Notes under the pieces: generated by a model
Seen by the model: only the letters and a program-made list of their open reading frames with translations
The model's database searches: none
Told to the model about the DNA's origin: nothing
Shown here: piece by piece, positions 59,595 through 64,000 of the stretch
Numbering within the stretch: position 1 is the stretch's first letter
Layout: each line of letters begins with the position of its first letter
Translations under genes and position numbers: made by a program
Assembly (NCBI GenBank): GCA_045837725.1
Contig: JBEWZL010000076.1
Span: 248,001-312,000, forward strand
DNA from: Vermamoeba vermiformis
Taxonomy: Eukaryota
DNA length: 64,000 bases
Direction: 5' to 3'

Positions 59595-59676
59595 ACTGTA
59601 AATTATTATATTCACCTAGATTCAACTACAATTTATTTTGTGCTAAAATCTTGTTCGGACTACATCCGTTGCGCGC

Positions 59677-62887
<3,211 letters not shown>

Positions 62888-63318
62888 TTCGCCTTGACTG
62901 ACACGAGTCGTGCTAGTGGTAGTGGTACTCGATCAGAGAAAAATAATTCAAATATGACCGACGTCGGTTTCAGCAACCTCCGTGACGTCAGATTCACCAG
63001 GGTCAATTTTCTTGACTAGTCAGCAAAATATTTATGGACCATTCAAATCTTTAGTGTAGCTTCGAACACTATGAAGAATCATCTTTAGTTTATTGACTAA
63101 ATGCAATAGGAAGCGAACGCCAAATCAACAAGCACCGCCAATTGCTTCACCGAATTTCTTTTACTTAAACTTTTGAATACAAAAACGTGCGTTATTGGTA
63201 GGAAACTCATTGTGCTGCAAAAGAATTTTGGATGTGTAGGTCAAAATTTAATTGGCTAATTATCTTTAATTGTTACTCCAGTATACTCGATTATTTTCGA
63301 TTAATACTTAATATTAAT

Positions 63319-64000
63319 TTAGAGAATGCTCAGTAAAGCCGGTGCAGTAGCCTTGGCGATATCTGCCGCAATTGGCACTGCAGTCTATTATTAAATATTA
63401 ATAATGATAATTAAGAATAGCGTTCTTAAAGCTATTTACCTTCAAGAAATCATTGAAGTTTCGAGGACGCACTTCGAGGCCTTTCTTGAGCCGGTAGAGA
63501 TGCACCTTGTAGAGGATCTCTGCGGTTGGGTGATCAGCGATCATATTAGCCACCGATCTAATACCCATTTCAAGCGTGTTTTGACGAAGGGAATCAGACT
63601 GTTGTAAGTTAATTAAATACGCTCTATAAATAGTAACCTAAACTTACATGTTTCAAAATTCCGTCAGTCACCAAGTTGGTTGCACCAATGTCAGTAACAT
63701 TGGAGAAAGTCGGAGATAAATTAGCCACGGCAAGAGCGGCCAAGCGGAACTTATCACGAAGCTGTTTGGGCGGCTCGTCTCTGGAAAAACCAGGCGGCAC
63801 TGGCGTATTGTTGAACGTATCGAGAGTCGCCTGGGCACCGAGGTTACATGCGCGGTCCGACAAATCACTGATAGCCTTGTCAGTCACGACTGTGGCCTCG
63901 GGATTGGGCGTCCCGTTCACAATGCGTGAGGCTAAAACGATCTTAGTCGGAATATCGAGCTCATGGAAGCCCTTGCAAGAAAGGACGACTTCGCTAGGCA
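63319..64000 (-). CDS. 3' part of a hypothetical protein
   Basis: Open exons joined by GT-AG introns, ending ..EVRPRNFNDFLKTAVPIAADIAKATAPALLSIL*. Confidence 0.65.

Overview
Intron-rich, AT-rich eukaryotic genomic DNA using the standard code, with GT-AG introns mostly 50-300 nt long. The gene content (hisactophilin-like protein, UBP-zinc-finger sirtuin, ependymin-related protein) suggests an amoebozoan or similar protist; this is an inference. The first ~21 kb is accessory-like. It holds tandem YqjM-type old yellow enzyme genes separated by a decayed Ty3/gypsy RT-RNaseH fragment, three paralogous F-box genes with an unidentified beta-rich body, a 2-kb TGT..ACA integrase DNA transposon with a 6-bp TSD, a GH110-like beta-helix enzyme, and an F-box fused to a full degenerate EF1A-like fold. 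The rest is mostly housekeeping (YME2, inositol polyphosphate kinase, SPAG7, SIRT2-like, PP2A-B56, Hip/ST13, GST, NVL, COX20, SEC23), interrupted by a strongly CpG-depleted Crinkler/CR-effector-like SAM-NTPase-REase gene. The top finding is a ~200-nt minus-strand element at 54.5-54.7 kb that reads as a circularly permuted tRNA-like gene (3' half before 5' half, CAT anticodon, paired leader/trailer, T7 terminator). Gene spans were spliced by eye, so internal exon boundaries and family calls need confirmation.
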